A program made the position numbers and the translations under genes. The notes beneath the pieces are model-generated. The model saw only the letters and a program-made list of their open reading frames with translations. It was not told the origin of the DNA and made no database searches. 64,000 nucleotides of DNA from Promethearchaeota archaeon (GTDB lineage Archaea > Asgardarchaeota > Lokiarchaeia > Sigyniarchaeales > SOKP01), in the NCBI GenBank assembly GCA_016840085.1, contig JAEOTA010000081.1:1-64000 (forward strand), in the 5' to 3' direction. Of the stretch, positions 20,007 to 31,594 are shown piece after piece. Numbering within the stretch: position 1 is the stretch's first letter; every line of letters starts with the position of its first letter.

Positions 20007-21935
20007 TTATAGGTTTTTCAACCTTTCTTGTTCTTTTTGCTTCTTTCTTTCAATTTTTTTCCTTTGTTTTTCTAGCTTTTTTCGCCTTTTTGCTTCTTGT
20101 TTCGCTTCTTTTTCTCTTAGCTTTCTTTCTTGTTTCAGCCTTTCAAGTTCCAGTTTTTCTTTTTCAATGGCTTCTATTTCTGCTCTCTTTCTTTCTACCC
20201 GTTCCTTTTCTAATCTGATCTCCTCTTGTCTTTCTCTTTCAATTTTTTCTAATTGAGCTTTTTCTGCTTTTTCTTGCTTTAATCTTTCTCTTTCTTTTTG
20301 TTCTCTTTCATGACGATCTCTTTCTTGTCTTTCCCTTTCTCGCCTTTCCCTTTCCTTTCTCTCCTTTTCTTCTCTTTCTCTCCTTTCTTTCTCCAAGCGA
20401 ATGCTCTCTAATCTTTCTCTTTCTTTTCTCTCTTCTTCTTCGATTTCAAAAAACCATGAGTCTACTTTTTGAATTAATTCCTGTTTTTCTTTTAGTGGCA
20501 ATCCGAAACTTGGGTCTTTTTTCAGGTAAATATTCGCATATTTACTCATTTCCCATATTTTTGTCTGATGCGTCGTGGTAGCACTAACCCCTATCTGTCT
20601 CATACTCTCCCTAGCGATTTCAAAAGCTTGTCCAATAGATCGCATCTCATAATTTTCTTCAATAACCTTTTTTAAATATGTTAGAATTTGTTTGATATCA
20701 GCTACAGGTGGATTGGGTAATGATTTAAATTCAACCTTTTCAGATTTTAATGTTTCTAGCTCAAATTTTTCTTGTTTATATTCAGGTGTTGCTGCGATTT
20801 TAACTTCAGGACTTCGAGTATCATTTTGTTGAAGATATATGGGTTGTTCTACCATTTTGGGAGGAACTAAGGGTTCTTTTTTTGCTTTTCTCTTAAATTG
20901 TATTGGCCAACTGGCAAATGCGTACTGGCGATCTTCTGCAGAAGCAAAAATTGAATGTTTAGATGGCTTTCTAGTAGTTGATTCTCTTTGTTTAGGAGAA
21001 ATTTGGGCAATACCAGAGCTTAACATGGGTGATGCTTTTTCTAATATTGAGAATAGATACATTGGATCAAACTCCAGATTAGAGTAAATGCTTTTCAAAG
21101 AATTGATATTACTTTCAATTATACTTAGATTTACCTGAGAAAGTGTTTCCTGTAAAATTTGATCAGCTGCAAAGATAATCCCATTTAATCCTGCTGCTGA
21201 CATTAAGTAGGAATCATCTGGTTTTCCTCTTATTTTATCAGAAACTAAAATTTGATTGTAAAAATCCCAATGAGTACTCAATAGCATATGACCATCTTTA
21301 GCAATTTGATAGGAATCATCATTACAGATTGTTTCCATCATCTCTAAAAATATGTCCTTATAGGGTATGAATATATTTCTCATTAAAGCACCCTTTATGA
21401 AAGTTTTATGATTCTCTGATTTAAAAGATAAGTCGACTGGAACTTTAATCACTTTTTCTGCAATTATAACATCTTGGTCATCTTCTAAAGTAACATTTGT
21501 GGATGTAGCCATGTGGTCATAAGCAAAGTTAGATAGTATTAGTCCCGTTAAAATTCTATTGTCAGTAATGTACTTACCAGATTCTAATTCAAATTTTAAA
21601 AAATAATACCCCAAACCAAAAAGGTAATAAAGAGTTCCTCTTTCAATCTCAATAGAATAGTCATAACCAGTGAAGAAGATAACTGTATCTGAAATAATAC
21701 TTGATACTTGATGATGAGCATACATTCCTAAGGTGGGATAACCTAACAAGTCTCCCCAACTGGGTATCATAAAAAGCGAATTGCTTGGAAATAACTTATT
21801 CTCCAATTTCTGTTTTTCAATTCTTTCTTTTTCAAGCCGTTCTTTTTCAAGACGCTCTTTTTCTAACCTTTCCTTTTCCAACTTTTCCTTTTCAAGTCTT
21901 TCTTTTTCCGATTGGTCTACATTTATATTCTCCAT
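20007..21935 (-). CDS. Hypothetical protein with charged E/K/R low-complexity termini
   Basis: EKERL repeats at the N-terminus and a long E/R/K-rich tail. Confidence 0.8.
   Translation of the reverse strand: MENINVDQSEKERLEKEKLEKERLEKERLEKERLEKERIEKQKLENKLFPSNSLFMIPSWGDLLGYPTLGMYAHHQVSSIISDTVIFFTGYDYSIEIERGTLYYLFGLGYYFLKFELESGKYITDNRILTGLILSNFAYDHMATSTNVTLEDDQDVIIAEKVIKVPVDLSFKSENHKTFIKGALMRNIFIPYKDIFLEMMETICNDDSYQIAKDGHMLLSTHWDFYNQILVSDKIRGKPDDSYLMSAAGLNGIIFAADQILQETLSQVNLSIIESNINSLKSIYSNLEFDPMYLFSILEKASPMLSSGIAQISPKQRESTTRKPSKHSIFASAEDRQYAFASWPIQFKRKAKKEPLVPPKMVEQPIYLQQNDTRSPEVKIAATPEYKQEKFELETLKSEKVEFKSLPNPPVADIKQILTYLKKVIEENYEMRSIGQAFEIARESMRQIGVSATTTHQTKIWEMSKYANIYLKKDPSFGLPLKEKQELIQKVDSWFFEIEEEERKERERLESIRLEKERREREEKERKERERRERERQERDRHEREQKERERLKQEKAEKAQLEKIERERQEEIRLEKERVERKRAEIEAIEKEKLELERLKQERKLREKEAKQEAKRRKKLEKQRKKIERKKQKEQERLKNL
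21805..21905 (-). repeat. Coding 15-bp tandem repeat (EKERL)n
   Basis: About six degenerate copies in the translation. Confidence 0.75.
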
Positions 21936-22088
21936 CTACTTAATATCAACTCAGAATATAATTGAAAAATTTAAAAAAATGATTTCTGAAATTATTATAA
22001 TAATTGATAGCTATTAATTTATGATTTTCTCATCATTTTTATTTAATGCCCACAATTATAAAAAAAAAAAGGTAAGTTTGTGAACTTT

Positions 22089-22583
22089 TTATCGAAGTAA
22101 GAAAAGTATTTGAGTTTTCAATTCCTCGGGAGGAGTTACCCCCGGATCATCTAAATATAATTCATAGGCAATGCCAGATGTCTCATATCCATTCTTTTGA
22201 GCCCATTGAGTAAGTGCGTTATATGCGGGTTCAATTTTATCATAGGGGCCAGTATGAATGCAACTAGCATATTTTCCAGCAGGGATTTCACTTGTTTTTA
22301 TATCATCTTTTTCAAGAAGTTTTTTAGAAAAAGGGATGCCAATCTCTACATCCATATTTTGCATATCTAAATTAAAATATCCCGCGAAAGGAGCACCTGC
22401 AGGGAATTCTCCTTTCTCCCCCAAATATTGCATGATCTTCATGTAGGATTCTCCCAGTAGTTGAGGTAATTGTTGTACTGAGGTTTTTGTACGTATAGAT
22501 AAAACTAACTGAGTAGATCGCTCTAATTTTTCACAATTATACGACATAGAACTTCCTCTTATATTTATTGATACAATTTTCAA
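22089..22583 (-). CDS. GyrI-like small-molecule-binding protein
   Basis: PAGAPFAGY, IPAGKYASCIHTGPYD and YELYLDDP...ELKT motifs. Confidence 0.9.
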   Translation of the reverse strand: MKIVSINIRGSSMSYNCEKLERSTQLVLSIRTKTSVQQLPQLLGESYMKIMQYLGEKGEFPAGAPFAGYFNLDMQNMDVEIGIPFSKKLLEKDDIKTSEIPAGKYASCIHTGPYDKIEPAYNALTQWAQKNGYETSGIAYELYLDDPGVTPPEELKTQILFLLR

Positions 22584-22843
22584 TTATTAATTATGAAAAT
22601 AAGCATATGTAAGTTTTAAAATTAAATGATCTTTTTTAAAAGAATCTCAGTAGTAATTAAGTGATTTATTTAAAATCAGTAATTCATTTTTACTTTTTTT
22701 ACGTGAAAGCTGTGTTTCACGATCTTATTTATGATTAATTTTCTTGTAATCTTAATTTTAAAATAGTAATTATAAAATATTAAAAATGAATATGAAGAAT
22801 ATATCAACAATTGAATCTAAATAGATAGAGTTTTCATGTAATA

Positions 22844-23221
22844 ATGTATCGAATTGAGAAAATAGGTGAAAACCAGTACTATATAAAAGCTCTAGGCACA
22901 TTTCCACCTTCAGTTGCAAAAAAATTCATAAAAGATTTTGAAGAAAAATTAAAGGATGTAAGCTTATTTTCTGTGATTGTTGATGGTTTAGATGTTATTT
23001 TACTCAATCTTAAATCTTTCGAAATTATTTTAGAATTTCTTAGAAAAAATAATGAGAAATTGATTAAATCTGCGTATATTATTTCCAAAAATCTTATATT
23101 AAAGAAAGAGGTCCAAATATTATTAGATAGAGCGGAATCTCCTAAAAGGAAAATTGTTAAAAATCTTGAAGCTGCAAAAGAATGGATTGGTGTTAAAGAA
23201 ATTATAATAGAAAAAGACTAG
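22844..23221 (+). CDS. STAS/SpoIIAA-like small protein
   Basis: Ends with EAAKEWI; alpha/beta pattern. Confidence 0.55.
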   Translation: MYRIEKIGENQYYIKALGTFPPSVAKKFIKDFEEKLKDVSLFSVIVDGLDVILLNLKSFEIILEFLRKNNEKLIKSAYIISKNLILKKEVQILLDRAESPKRKIVKNLEAAKEWIGVKEIIIEKD

Positions 23222-24069
23222 CTATTTTGCTTTTTATTTAATTTTTGACTATCTTCTGCAGTAAAAGCTGTTAAAAATATAATTCCTAAGACGATTACTA
23301 CAAATCCAACAATTTGGAATAATGTAATAATCTCACTTAAAACAATGGAGCTTATTATAACTGCTATTATTATACTTGCTGATGTAAAACATGGCACAAC
23401 TATATTTGCCTTAGCTTTAGCAAATGCATATTGAGAAATCAGAAGAGTTAAAGTAGCAAGAAGAAAAGTAACAAAAGTAAAAGTTAATGTTATTGTAGTA
23501 TTAGGAATGGCAGTAATTCTTTTTGTGACTGTTTGAAAAGCCATAAATGTTCCTGCTGTAATTCCTAATATCAAACCTGCTGCTTTATAACCATTTAACT
23601 TTGAAATAATAATAGCTATGAATTCAAGAACAATAAAACTAATTGAAGTTATGAGAAAAATATCAATTTTAAAATTGTTATATTTAACTTCGCTCGGATT
23701 TACATTAAATAAGGTGATTAAGATAGTTCCTAAAATAATTAATGTAATTCCGATTATTTGTAATTTTGAAATAGTTTCTTTTAGTATATAATAAGAGAAT
23801 ATTGCTAATATAACCAAACCTAAACCTTCAATTGGGGCTATTAAATTAATAGGGGCAAAAAATAGAGCAGCCCATTGAATAAACATATAGATAGAGGTTA
23901 AAATTGTACCAAATATCCAGATGCCTGTGTGTTTATTTTTAACATTTACCTTTCCCTGATCTTTAAAACCTTCAATAGCATATTTCTGAATACCTTTACC
24001 CAAATAAAGAATCGCATATGCAATAAATCCTATTGATAAGCCTATTATTATTCTTATGTCAGAACTCAT
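23218..24069 (-). CDS. DMT/EamA-superfamily (NIPA-like) transporter
   Basis: About nine TM segments; GIQK...W..G, APINLIAP, ILKE motifs. Confidence 0.8.
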   Translation of the reverse strand: MSSDIRIIIGLSIGFIAYAILYLGKGIQKYAIEGFKDQGKVNVKNKHTGIWIFGTILTSIYMFIQWAALFFAPINLIAPIEGLGLVILAIFSYYILKETISKLQIIGITLIILGTILITLFNVNPSEVKYNNFKIDIFLITSISFIVLEFIAIIISKLNGYKAAGLILGITAGTFMAFQTVTKRITAIPNTTITLTFTFVTFLLATLTLLISQYAFAKAKANIVVPCFTSASIIIAVIISSIVLSEIITLFQIVGFVVIVLGIIFLTAFTAEDSQKLNKKQNS

Positions 24070-24098
24070 TTTTATCTCACAGAATTATACAAACTTAT

Positions 24099-24386
24099 TT
24101 AGAGAGTTATTAGTTTATATCCTTGTTCAATATATTTTGTCATGCTAGGGTGTCCCATCAATTCAGCACAAGTAGAAAACCCTAATTTTTCTACTTCTTC
24201 TAAAGAGCCCATTTTATTACTACATGCTTTACAAAAACAATTTATTAATCCATAGTTTTTCAATTCTTGGTACTTAATATAAAACGGATTATTTTTAGAT
24301 TCAAATTGATTTGCTAATTTGGTTGCAGAACCTTCAACTATAACTTTTACATCATGCCCTTTTTCACTCATATATTTAGTCTTCAT
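24099..24386 (-). pseudogene. DsrE-like protein, probably 5'-truncated
   Basis: KVIVEGSATK, CFCKACS, GHPSM...GY.LITL motifs; first strand and helix of the fold appear to be missing. Confidence 0.5.
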
Positions 24387-24487
24387 ATCTAGAATATATT
24401 AATAATAAATTGATTTGTATTATATCACTAAATATTTAACCTTTTTTTACATAATTCTATTATAAAACTGCTGATGGAATTATAAAA

Positions 24488-25684
24488 TTAGTCTGCATTA
24501 ACTAATACATAATTTACTTGAAACGAATTACTATTTCTTAACTTTAAGTTAAAAATATAACCTTCATAGAGATTATAGTTTGTACTTAAAATTGGTGTGA
24601 ATACATAAAAATTATTTTGCTTTCTATGACTCCTATTCTTATTTTTATAAAGTCGAATGTTATAAAGATTATGTCTTAAATAATAACCAAGTTCTCTAGC
24701 TTTATGCCTATTTTGATTTTTGTGAGCAGATAAACCAATAGTGGGCAATTCTCCCATATTAATTAATATAAAATAGATTTGATCTGCTAATTCAATAGAC
24801 GATGTATTTCCAACAATAATTTCTCTTGATTGACAAACCCAACCATCACCTTTTAACCAACCATTTATAAGTTCTCTTAATAATTCTTCTGAGGTAGAAA
24901 ACAAAAATGGGTGTATTCTTTTTCTAGAGGATCCTGTGTTAAATAAGTTAAATATTAATTCTCCCAATTGAGTATTATAAAAATTAATTCGATATGCATT
25001 TCTTTCAGGGATTCCAATTACTTTAGGTTTAATACCAAATATTTCTTCTCCATAACATGTAATATTATTTAATAGACATTTTTCATTAATCCCGATAGTA
25101 AATGAAACACCGCTACATTTTTTATTATATCTTTTATCAGACGTAAATAATATCATTCCTTCAGCAAGATAATATCCAAACCACCTGAAGAGTTGTTTTG
25201 TGAAATCTAAAATTCCAAGAATTTTCATTCGTATTTTATTTGAAAATGTATTTACAAATTCTTCGGTTTTCATCTTAGATTTTGTATTTACTTGATGATG
25301 TTTTGGAATCAGAAGGAAATCACCATTTTTTAAATGCTCACTACTAAGAATTTCAATATTTTTTTCTAATACTCCTAGATTTATCTTACTATACTTTCTA
25401 CGGCAATAATCTCGAATTTCTTTACGAATCACATAAAATTTTTGATTCTCTATGGATTTTATTTTAAAAACTTGACCTGTGCATCTAATTTCTTTAATTA
25501 TTCCTCTATACATAACTTTTTTAACGTCTTGGACTTGATCTGTCATAGACGAATTAACATATATTTCTTCCCCAACTTTTATCTCTGAAATTGATTTTGC
25601 ACTAGTATTCCCTAGAATTACTTTAATATCAGGTGGAAAACCCTTATATTGGGTATTTTTAGAAATTTTAAGAATATTGTTCAT
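24488..25684 (-). CDS. Free-standing intein-derived Hint + LAGLIDADG protein
   Basis: Block A-like GFPPDIKV...KSISEIKVGEEI; WFGYYLAEG and LINGWLKGDG; block F/G-like YEGYIFNLKL...FQVNYVLVNAD*. Confidence 0.75.
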   Translation of the reverse strand: MNNILKISKNTQYKGFPPDIKVILGNTSAKSISEIKVGEEIYVNSSMTDQVQDVKKVMYRGIIKEIRCTGQVFKIKSIENQKFYVIRKEIRDYCRRKYSKINLGVLEKNIEILSSEHLKNGDFLLIPKHHQVNTKSKMKTEEFVNTFSNKIRMKILGILDFTKQLFRWFGYYLAEGMILFTSDKRYNKKCSGVSFTIGINEKCLLNNITCYGEEIFGIKPKVIGIPERNAYRINFYNTQLGELIFNLFNTGSSRKRIHPFLFSTSEELLRELINGWLKGDGWVCQSREIIVGNTSSIELADQIYFILINMGELPTIGLSAHKNQNRHKARELGYYLRHNLYNIRLYKNKNRSHRKQNNFYVFTPILSTNYNLYEGYIFNLKLRNSNSFQVNYVLVNAD

Positions 25685-25862
25685 ATTGTAATATCCAAAA
25701 TGATTAACAACAATATAAATTCAGAAAGAGTGGTGATTTTTCATCGAATAATTCCAAAAATCATAGAGACTTTTGTAAATAGCTAAATATTAAAAATTGT
25801 ACAATATTTGTAAATATAAGAGAAATCATATATATTTAGATTGTTTTATTTTAAATCAATAT

Positions 25863-28800
25863 TTAATTGTATAATTTCAACAATTTTTCAGATATATAAT
25901 CATTAATTAAAATCTTTTCCTCCTCTGTTATTTCAAATAAATTATATATTAAATCATTTAATTGATTGATTTTTTCATCAACATCTTCGTTCAATTTTTC
26001 TAATTTAATAATATCTGAAACGATTTGTTCAATTAACTTAATTTTTTTAAGTTTAAAGTCGTTTAATGATCCTCTTCGCAGAATAATAGGTAGATTTTTT
26101 ATAAATGTTGATCCAATCTCAATTTCATTTTCTTTTTTCTTACCCATAATATCTATAAAATATCGCATTAAGTTAGAATTAAGCACAGCGGTCACATACT
26201 TCAAAGAAAAAGCAGTAGATTTCTTTTTTGTTATAAAATAAGTGTTATCAACATAAGTTTTATTATCTACATATGTAAAATTATATACTAATCTTGGTAT
26301 TCTGTATCCTATATATATAACCTCATCAAATTTATCAATATTTTTTTCACTTTCCTTTTTAATTTCAATTAAATCTGATTTGGACATACTGTTTGATAAT
26401 AAATATCTCTTTAGTTTAGTATCATTCCAAGCTTTTTCTCTATTATGTATTATAACAATATATTTATTAATTAAAGGTTCAACACAAAACTTTCTTATTT
26501 CACCCATTTTACGATATTTTCTTAAGTATTCTTCAGGTATTTGTGTAGGCTTCTCATCAAATATTAAAATAGGCTTATGTTTCTTTCTAAATGAATTTGA
26601 ATATTGATTGCAGTTATAATCATCACCTAATTTTGTTTTAAATTTCTTAATTTTCATAAAGAGTTCTTTATGCAATTTTGGAGTAAATGCCCAATTTTCA
26701 TCATTTTTCCAATTTCCCAAATCAAATTGTCCTGCTTTTTCTAAATAATCATTTAAATCAAGACTCTTCAATTCCCTTGCAAAATCCTCATCAAATAAAA
26801 AGACTTCAAAAAAATTAAGCTTTCTTAAAGGTTGTTGTTTAGTATAAGATAAAATTGAATTATGAATATCCACTCCTTTAAACAATAATTGTTCCCTGAA
26901 GTCAATAATTTTTAATAATTTTACTCGCTCTTTAAAAAATTTTTTTAGATAATTAGCATAGGCAGATTCCAGCCAATATCGAGAAGTAATAAAGGTAAAA
27001 TATCCTCCCTCTCTTAATAACTCATAACTACGTACAGTAAAATCATAATGTACATCACCTTGACCATGGTGATATTTATTTAATATTCCTAATTTTCCAA
27101 TTATCTTCTGCTCTAATTTAGGGGCGAAAGTTATTCTAAAATATGGTGGATTTCCAATAATAATATCAAAACCATTTCTTTTTTCAAATACTTCTGGATA
27201 TTCCATAATCCAATGAAAAATGCCTAACTCTGTCAAGTTCTCAGTATTAACTTTTACCCCTTCTTTCGATAAGTCATTCACTAAAGCTTCATTTAGCTTT
27301 TTATTAAAATCTTTAGTTATTATATCTATATCTTTTTTTAGGTTTTTCTGTTTAAGAGGATCTTCTATTGAATAATACTGTTTGATTAATTCATTTCTTT
27401 CTAAAAAAATGTCTATTAAATTACCCTTCTTAACCCATGAACTGATATCTTTAGGGTCTATTTTAATAGTTTCAGTATTTGTATACCCAATTAATGAATT
27501 CCCTTTTCTTATATTGAAATCTATGTTAGGTAATGGCTCGGGTTCCTGTTTTTCAATAATCCATAACCATAATCTTAACTTACAGATATCTACTGCAGGT
27601 TCCTTTATATCAACCCCGTATAAATTATTTTGAATAATTTCTTTTTTAATATCATAATTGGATTCTGATAATTCAATTTTCTTTAGGATATTCTTTCTGA
27701 TATTGAATAAAATATTTCCACAGCTTAATAGAAATGCACCAGATCCAACAGCAGGATCGCATATTTTTAGTAGCTTAATAATCTGTAAGTATACCTTTTT
27801 TAGAATTAATTTATCAAGATCAAATATATCGTTAAAATTTTCAATATATTTCCACTGAATATCTTCCCTTTTCTTTAAAAATTCAATAACTTGATTTTTT
27901 AGATATGCTTCAATAATTCCCTTAGCCATATATTCTGTAATTACTTGTGGAGTATAATATACTCCACTTCCTTTTCTATCTTCAATTGTTTTTTCGAAAA
28001 TATGCCCTAAAATTTCAGGATCAATTGTATTATCTATTTTGTAATTTTTCTCTAAATTTTCATATTCTTTCTTGAAATTAAAAGTTCTGAGAAATTGTAT
28101 AGCTTGTATAAAAGATTCTCTTTGAATTTTTAAACCTTTATTATCAATCTCCTTTTTTCTAAATAAATCTCCATTTAAAAAGGGAATTTTTTCATAAATT
28201 TTGGGGAGATTTTCTCGTATATTTAACGGAGTGTTTAAAGTCTCAAAAAACAATTGATTGATTCTGTTATAAAAATCTTCAGGTTTAGTATTTTTCAAAA
28301 AATTAAGGATATCATCTTTTATAATTCCATATTCAGATAAGATTCTTATAAATATTAAACGTGTGAAGTTTAATCTGATAAAATCTTTTTTTTCCTGTTT
28401 AGTTGAAGCAAATACCACATTGTTTAAAAGAGAATCTTCCTTATATATAGATTTTTTTTTATTTTCTTTATCTATATATTCCCCTCCATGAATTAAAGCA
28501 ACATACCAATTATAGAATTTTTCAGTGATATCTACTGCTTCTTCTATAGGTATTTCACGTATTTTTTCGGCTTTATAAACATTTTCCATTAATTTAAAAG
28601 CTTCTTTCACAGAGAACTCTTGCTCTACAACTCTTATCTCTCCTTTTATTTCTATTGCTTTTATGAAGATCCATTCCTTACCATTTGTCACTAATGCATT
28701 ATTTTGATTACCAATATTGATATCAGATATCCATAGTTTTGCTTGGTTTATGCCATGATCCTTTTTAGCCCTTAGATCTTCATTAAATGGCTCCCATTCA

Positions 28801-29120
28801 ATAAGAAGATTTTTATTTATTTTCATATCTTTTGAAGATATAAAGCCATCTGGTTTCCTCAAATTCCCAAGACTTGTTTTCTTATGAATTTCAGCATGAA
28901 GCTCAATGTCAGGAAGAAATTTTTTAATATGTGGTTCTAGTTTATTTCTTGTATAGGATTCAGGATCACTCTCAATAATTAAAAATTTTGATTTTAAAGG
29001 CTTTCCTTCTTTTATCACTTGTTGATTTTCTTTTTTAATTCCCTCCAAAATGGCACTTTGTAAGATATTAGAAATTTCTTCGTTTGAAAAACTATTATAA
29101 TTAATAATTTCGGCAGTCAT
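25863..29120 (-). CDS. Type IIG (Eco57I-like) fused restriction endonuclease / N6-adenine methyltransferase
   Basis: N-terminal PD...IEWE nuclease-like region with LVTNGKEW; GVYYTP, ICDPAVGSGAFL and FDIIIGNPPY; TaqI-C-like C-terminus. Confidence 0.9.
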   Translation of the reverse strand: MTAEIINYNSFSNEEISNILQSAILEGIKKENQQVIKEGKPLKSKFLIIESDPESYTRNKLEPHIKKFLPDIELHAEIHKKTSLGNLRKPDGFISSKDMKINKNLLIEWEPFNEDLRAKKDHGINQAKLWISDINIGNQNNALVTNGKEWIFIKAIEIKGEIRVVEQEFSVKEAFKLMENVYKAEKIREIPIEEAVDITEKFYNWYVALIHGGEYIDKENKKKSIYKEDSLLNNVVFASTKQEKKDFIRLNFTRLIFIRILSEYGIIKDDILNFLKNTKPEDFYNRINQLFFETLNTPLNIRENLPKIYEKIPFLNGDLFRKKEIDNKGLKIQRESFIQAIQFLRTFNFKKEYENLEKNYKIDNTIDPEILGHIFEKTIEDRKGSGVYYTPQVITEYMAKGIIEAYLKNQVIEFLKKREDIQWKYIENFNDIFDLDKLILKKVYLQIIKLLKICDPAVGSGAFLLSCGNILFNIRKNILKKIELSESNYDIKKEIIQNNLYGVDIKEPAVDICKLRLWLWIIEKQEPEPLPNIDFNIRKGNSLIGYTNTETIKIDPKDISSWVKKGNLIDIFLERNELIKQYYSIEDPLKQKNLKKDIDIITKDFNKKLNEALVNDLSKEGVKVNTENLTELGIFHWIMEYPEVFEKRNGFDIIIGNPPYFRITFAPKLEQKIIGKLGILNKYHHGQGDVHYDFTVRSYELLREGGYFTFITSRYWLESAYANYLKKFFKERVKLLKIIDFREQLLFKGVDIHNSILSYTKQQPLRKLNFFEVFLFDEDFARELKSLDLNDYLEKAGQFDLGNWKNDENWAFTPKLHKELFMKIKKFKTKLGDDYNCNQYSNSFRKKHKPILIFDEKPTQIPEEYLRKYRKMGEIRKFCVEPLINKYIVIIHNREKAWNDTKLKRYLLSNSMSKSDLIEIKKESEKNIDKFDEVIYIGYRIPRLVYNFTYVDNKTYVDNTYFITKKKSTAFSLKYVTAVLNSNLMRYFIDIMGKKKENEIEIGSTFIKNLPIILRRGSLNDFKLKKIKLIEQIVSDIIKLEKLNEDVDEKINQLNDLIYNLFEITEEEKILINDYISEKLLKLYN

Positions 29121-29475
29121 TCAAAATCTTAAATTTGAGTTTTTTATTTTGGTAATTATAATATTTTTTTTATACTTTAATTGGTAAAGTATGCCCAAAA
29201 AGGATGTAAAAAATTATATAATACTTAGGTGACATAATTGTTAAAAATACTTCAATCTATTTAAATGAAAAATAGAGGATGGTTGCAAAATTCAGTGATG
29301 GCAAATATATCGAACTAATATAGTTGTCTAGATGTGGATTTTATATCTATTTTCTAGCAAATAACAAAGAGACTAATATAAAATTCTTTATACTATTATT
29401 TGGAGTTATTACAAGGGATTTTAATAATATGAACAAAATGACTTCTATTCACTTCCTACCTTCACTCTATATTAA

Positions 29476-29862
29476 CTCCAAAAAGAAATCATAAAGACAA
29501 TTGCTGGTTTTTTGAATTTTGAGGGAGGTACTTTATTTATTGGTGTAGATGATAATGGAAATATAATAGGATTAAAAAATGATTATAAATTATTAGGAAG
29601 AAAAAAAGATTTTGATGGTCTTTTAATACAACTTAATAATCTAATAAAAAAACATTTTAGGGGAAATATTTTTGCAGATTTTAATATTTTTTCTCAAGAA
29701 ATCGATGGGAAAGAGATATGTATAATAGTTGTCAAAAAAAGTTCGACACCCATTTTTTTAAGACCAGAAGGGGATTTTTATATTAGATCCGGCACATCTA
29801 CTAATAAATTAAATACTGAAGACTCGGTTTTATATATCAAAACTCATTTTAAGAAATGGTAA
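29476..29862 (+). pseudogene. AlbA_2 (Schlafen-like) domain fragment
   Basis: LQKEIIKTIAGFLNFEGGTLFIGVDDNG...FYIRSGTST; the N-terminal E.K motif is absent. Confidence 0.7.
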
Positions 29863-30174
29863 AATATTTCATCCTATTCAGAGGAATTCATTCTAATTAA
29901 GACTTTTATAGATCATTTAACTTTTGATATAAATCATTATCATTCTAATATATTCAAAAATAAAGAAATATAGGCATATAAGATGATACACTTAAAATTA
30001 TTTATTTTGGAAGTTTAATATCAACACTATAAGGTCTGGTATGGACATAAAATCTGTAATCTTAAACCTCATAAATCAACATATTTGATAATTAAAGAAG
30101 AAAGATAAAACTATTGTTTATTTATTCCATAGAAAAAAAATAAAAAAAAAAGATTTAAATTAAGGAAAACTGGG

Positions 30175-30777
30175 TTAATGAGGACCGTCAGGGATATTTT
30201 TGATTAAAAAAAGGTTAATAGGAGAAATACCACCAAGATCTACATTAGGATAACAAGCAGCAAGATAATCAATCTTTAAATCTGTAACCCCTAGGACAGT
30301 ATCGAAGTCTATATAATCTACATATTTATAATTTGGAATAGGAGCTAAAACAGAGACATATTCATCCTCATCACCAGTAAAATAATACCACTGAGCAAAT
30401 CCGTCCCAATAACGTATAATGATATTAAGTGCTTTATGAGTGTCACTATGATATCTAAGCACCATTTGCACTGAATTACCTTTTCTTGCACCACAACTTG
30501 GTCTTGTGAACCATATACTAGTTTCAAGACCATTTTCGCCTGACCAGTGAATAACATTCCCATCTACGGACCTAAAATGATCTAAATCATCGGTTGTAAC
30601 ATCATCACCTTTTAAATATTGACTCGGGTAAACAACGCACCCACCAGAACCTTCAGGATTCATTAAAAGACTATCGGCAGGCCTTCTAACTATGATGGAA
30701 GGTATAATTCCGAGTATCGCAATGATTGCTATACTCAAGACTACTATTATTGATTTTTTGTATTTGATATTTAACAC
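30175..30777 (-). CDS. Secreted or membrane-anchored hypothetical protein
   Basis: N-terminal signal/TM segment. Confidence 0.6.
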   Translation of the reverse strand: MLNIKYKKSIIVVLSIAIIAILGIIPSIIVRRPADSLLMNPEGSGGCVVYPSQYLKGDDVTTDDLDHFRSVDGNVIHWSGENGLETSIWFTRPSCGARKGNSVQMVLRYHSDTHKALNIIIRYWDGFAQWYYFTGDEDEYVSVLAPIPNYKYVDYIDFDTVLGVTDLKIDYLAACYPNVDLGGISPINLFLIKNIPDGPH

Positions 30778-30915
30778 CTTTTTATTTTAATGATGTGTAA
30801 ATTCTTTAAATTATTTATTTTTAGATTTTGGTCGTTATAAAAAGATGTTATTTGAATATTTAAATATTATGCTTGAATTTGTGATCATTAAAATTCAATC
30901 TCTACCTATACAGTC

Positions 30916-31230
30916 TTAACGTAATGATCGTTTTTTCTCATCGATAGGAAGCTCAGTAATAAATTTGTTAGAAAGATCTTTTATCAGTTTATCTTTAATA
31001 GGATCTGCCTTGCCAAACCGATGACCTGTAAAATTGCACTGAACAAATTTTTCATCATCTGATTCATAATACCCACATCTGCGGCAAAATAAATCTTGTA
31101 AATGCAAGTTTGTCTTTGGGCATAATATTAGGTCTATCCCTATTTTATCGGGTCTAATCGATATTTTTTTTACGTTCAAGTAATCACTATTTTTCAACTG
31201 TGCTGTGAAAGAAATCTGATATTCAATCAA
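30916..31230 (-). CDS. Small Cys-rich hypothetical protein
   Basis: CPK...CRRCGY...CNF; paralog remnant at 1-127. Confidence 0.65.
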   Translation of the reverse strand: MIEYQISFTAQLKNSDYLNVKKISIRPDKIGIDLILCPKTNLHLQDLFCRRCGYYESDDEKFVQCNFTGHRFGKADPIKDKLIKDLSNKFITELPIDEKKRSLR

Positions 31231-31594
31231 ATCTATCTTACAATTATTAGATAAATACTGTCGATTTAATAATAAAAGTTCAATATTAAAAATTTATTTT
31301 AAAGAATATATTTTAAGGGGAGATCACGTAATAAATATAAGAAACTTATTATCAAGAAGGAATATAGAAAATTTCCTTTCTACTGGAATGAATCTAGATC
31401 AATTTTTTTTTTTCTAAATTTATTTTTACAGATTTTCTCGAATTCTTCAAGATGATCTCTAAATCTAAGATTAATGTCTTATGATTATGAAATAAATGGT
31501 TCTCTAATCGTCTATGATGATAGGGAGATATTTTGGGATGTAATAGTATCAATTATTCTGGATAATCACTACACATTTGAACTATTAAAAAAAA

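Noticed and set aside
20007-20450. Purine/pyrimidine-skewed repeats as a CRISPR array or satellite
   Set aside because: Coding low-complexity E/K/R sequence; no repeat-spacer structure seen anywhere in the window
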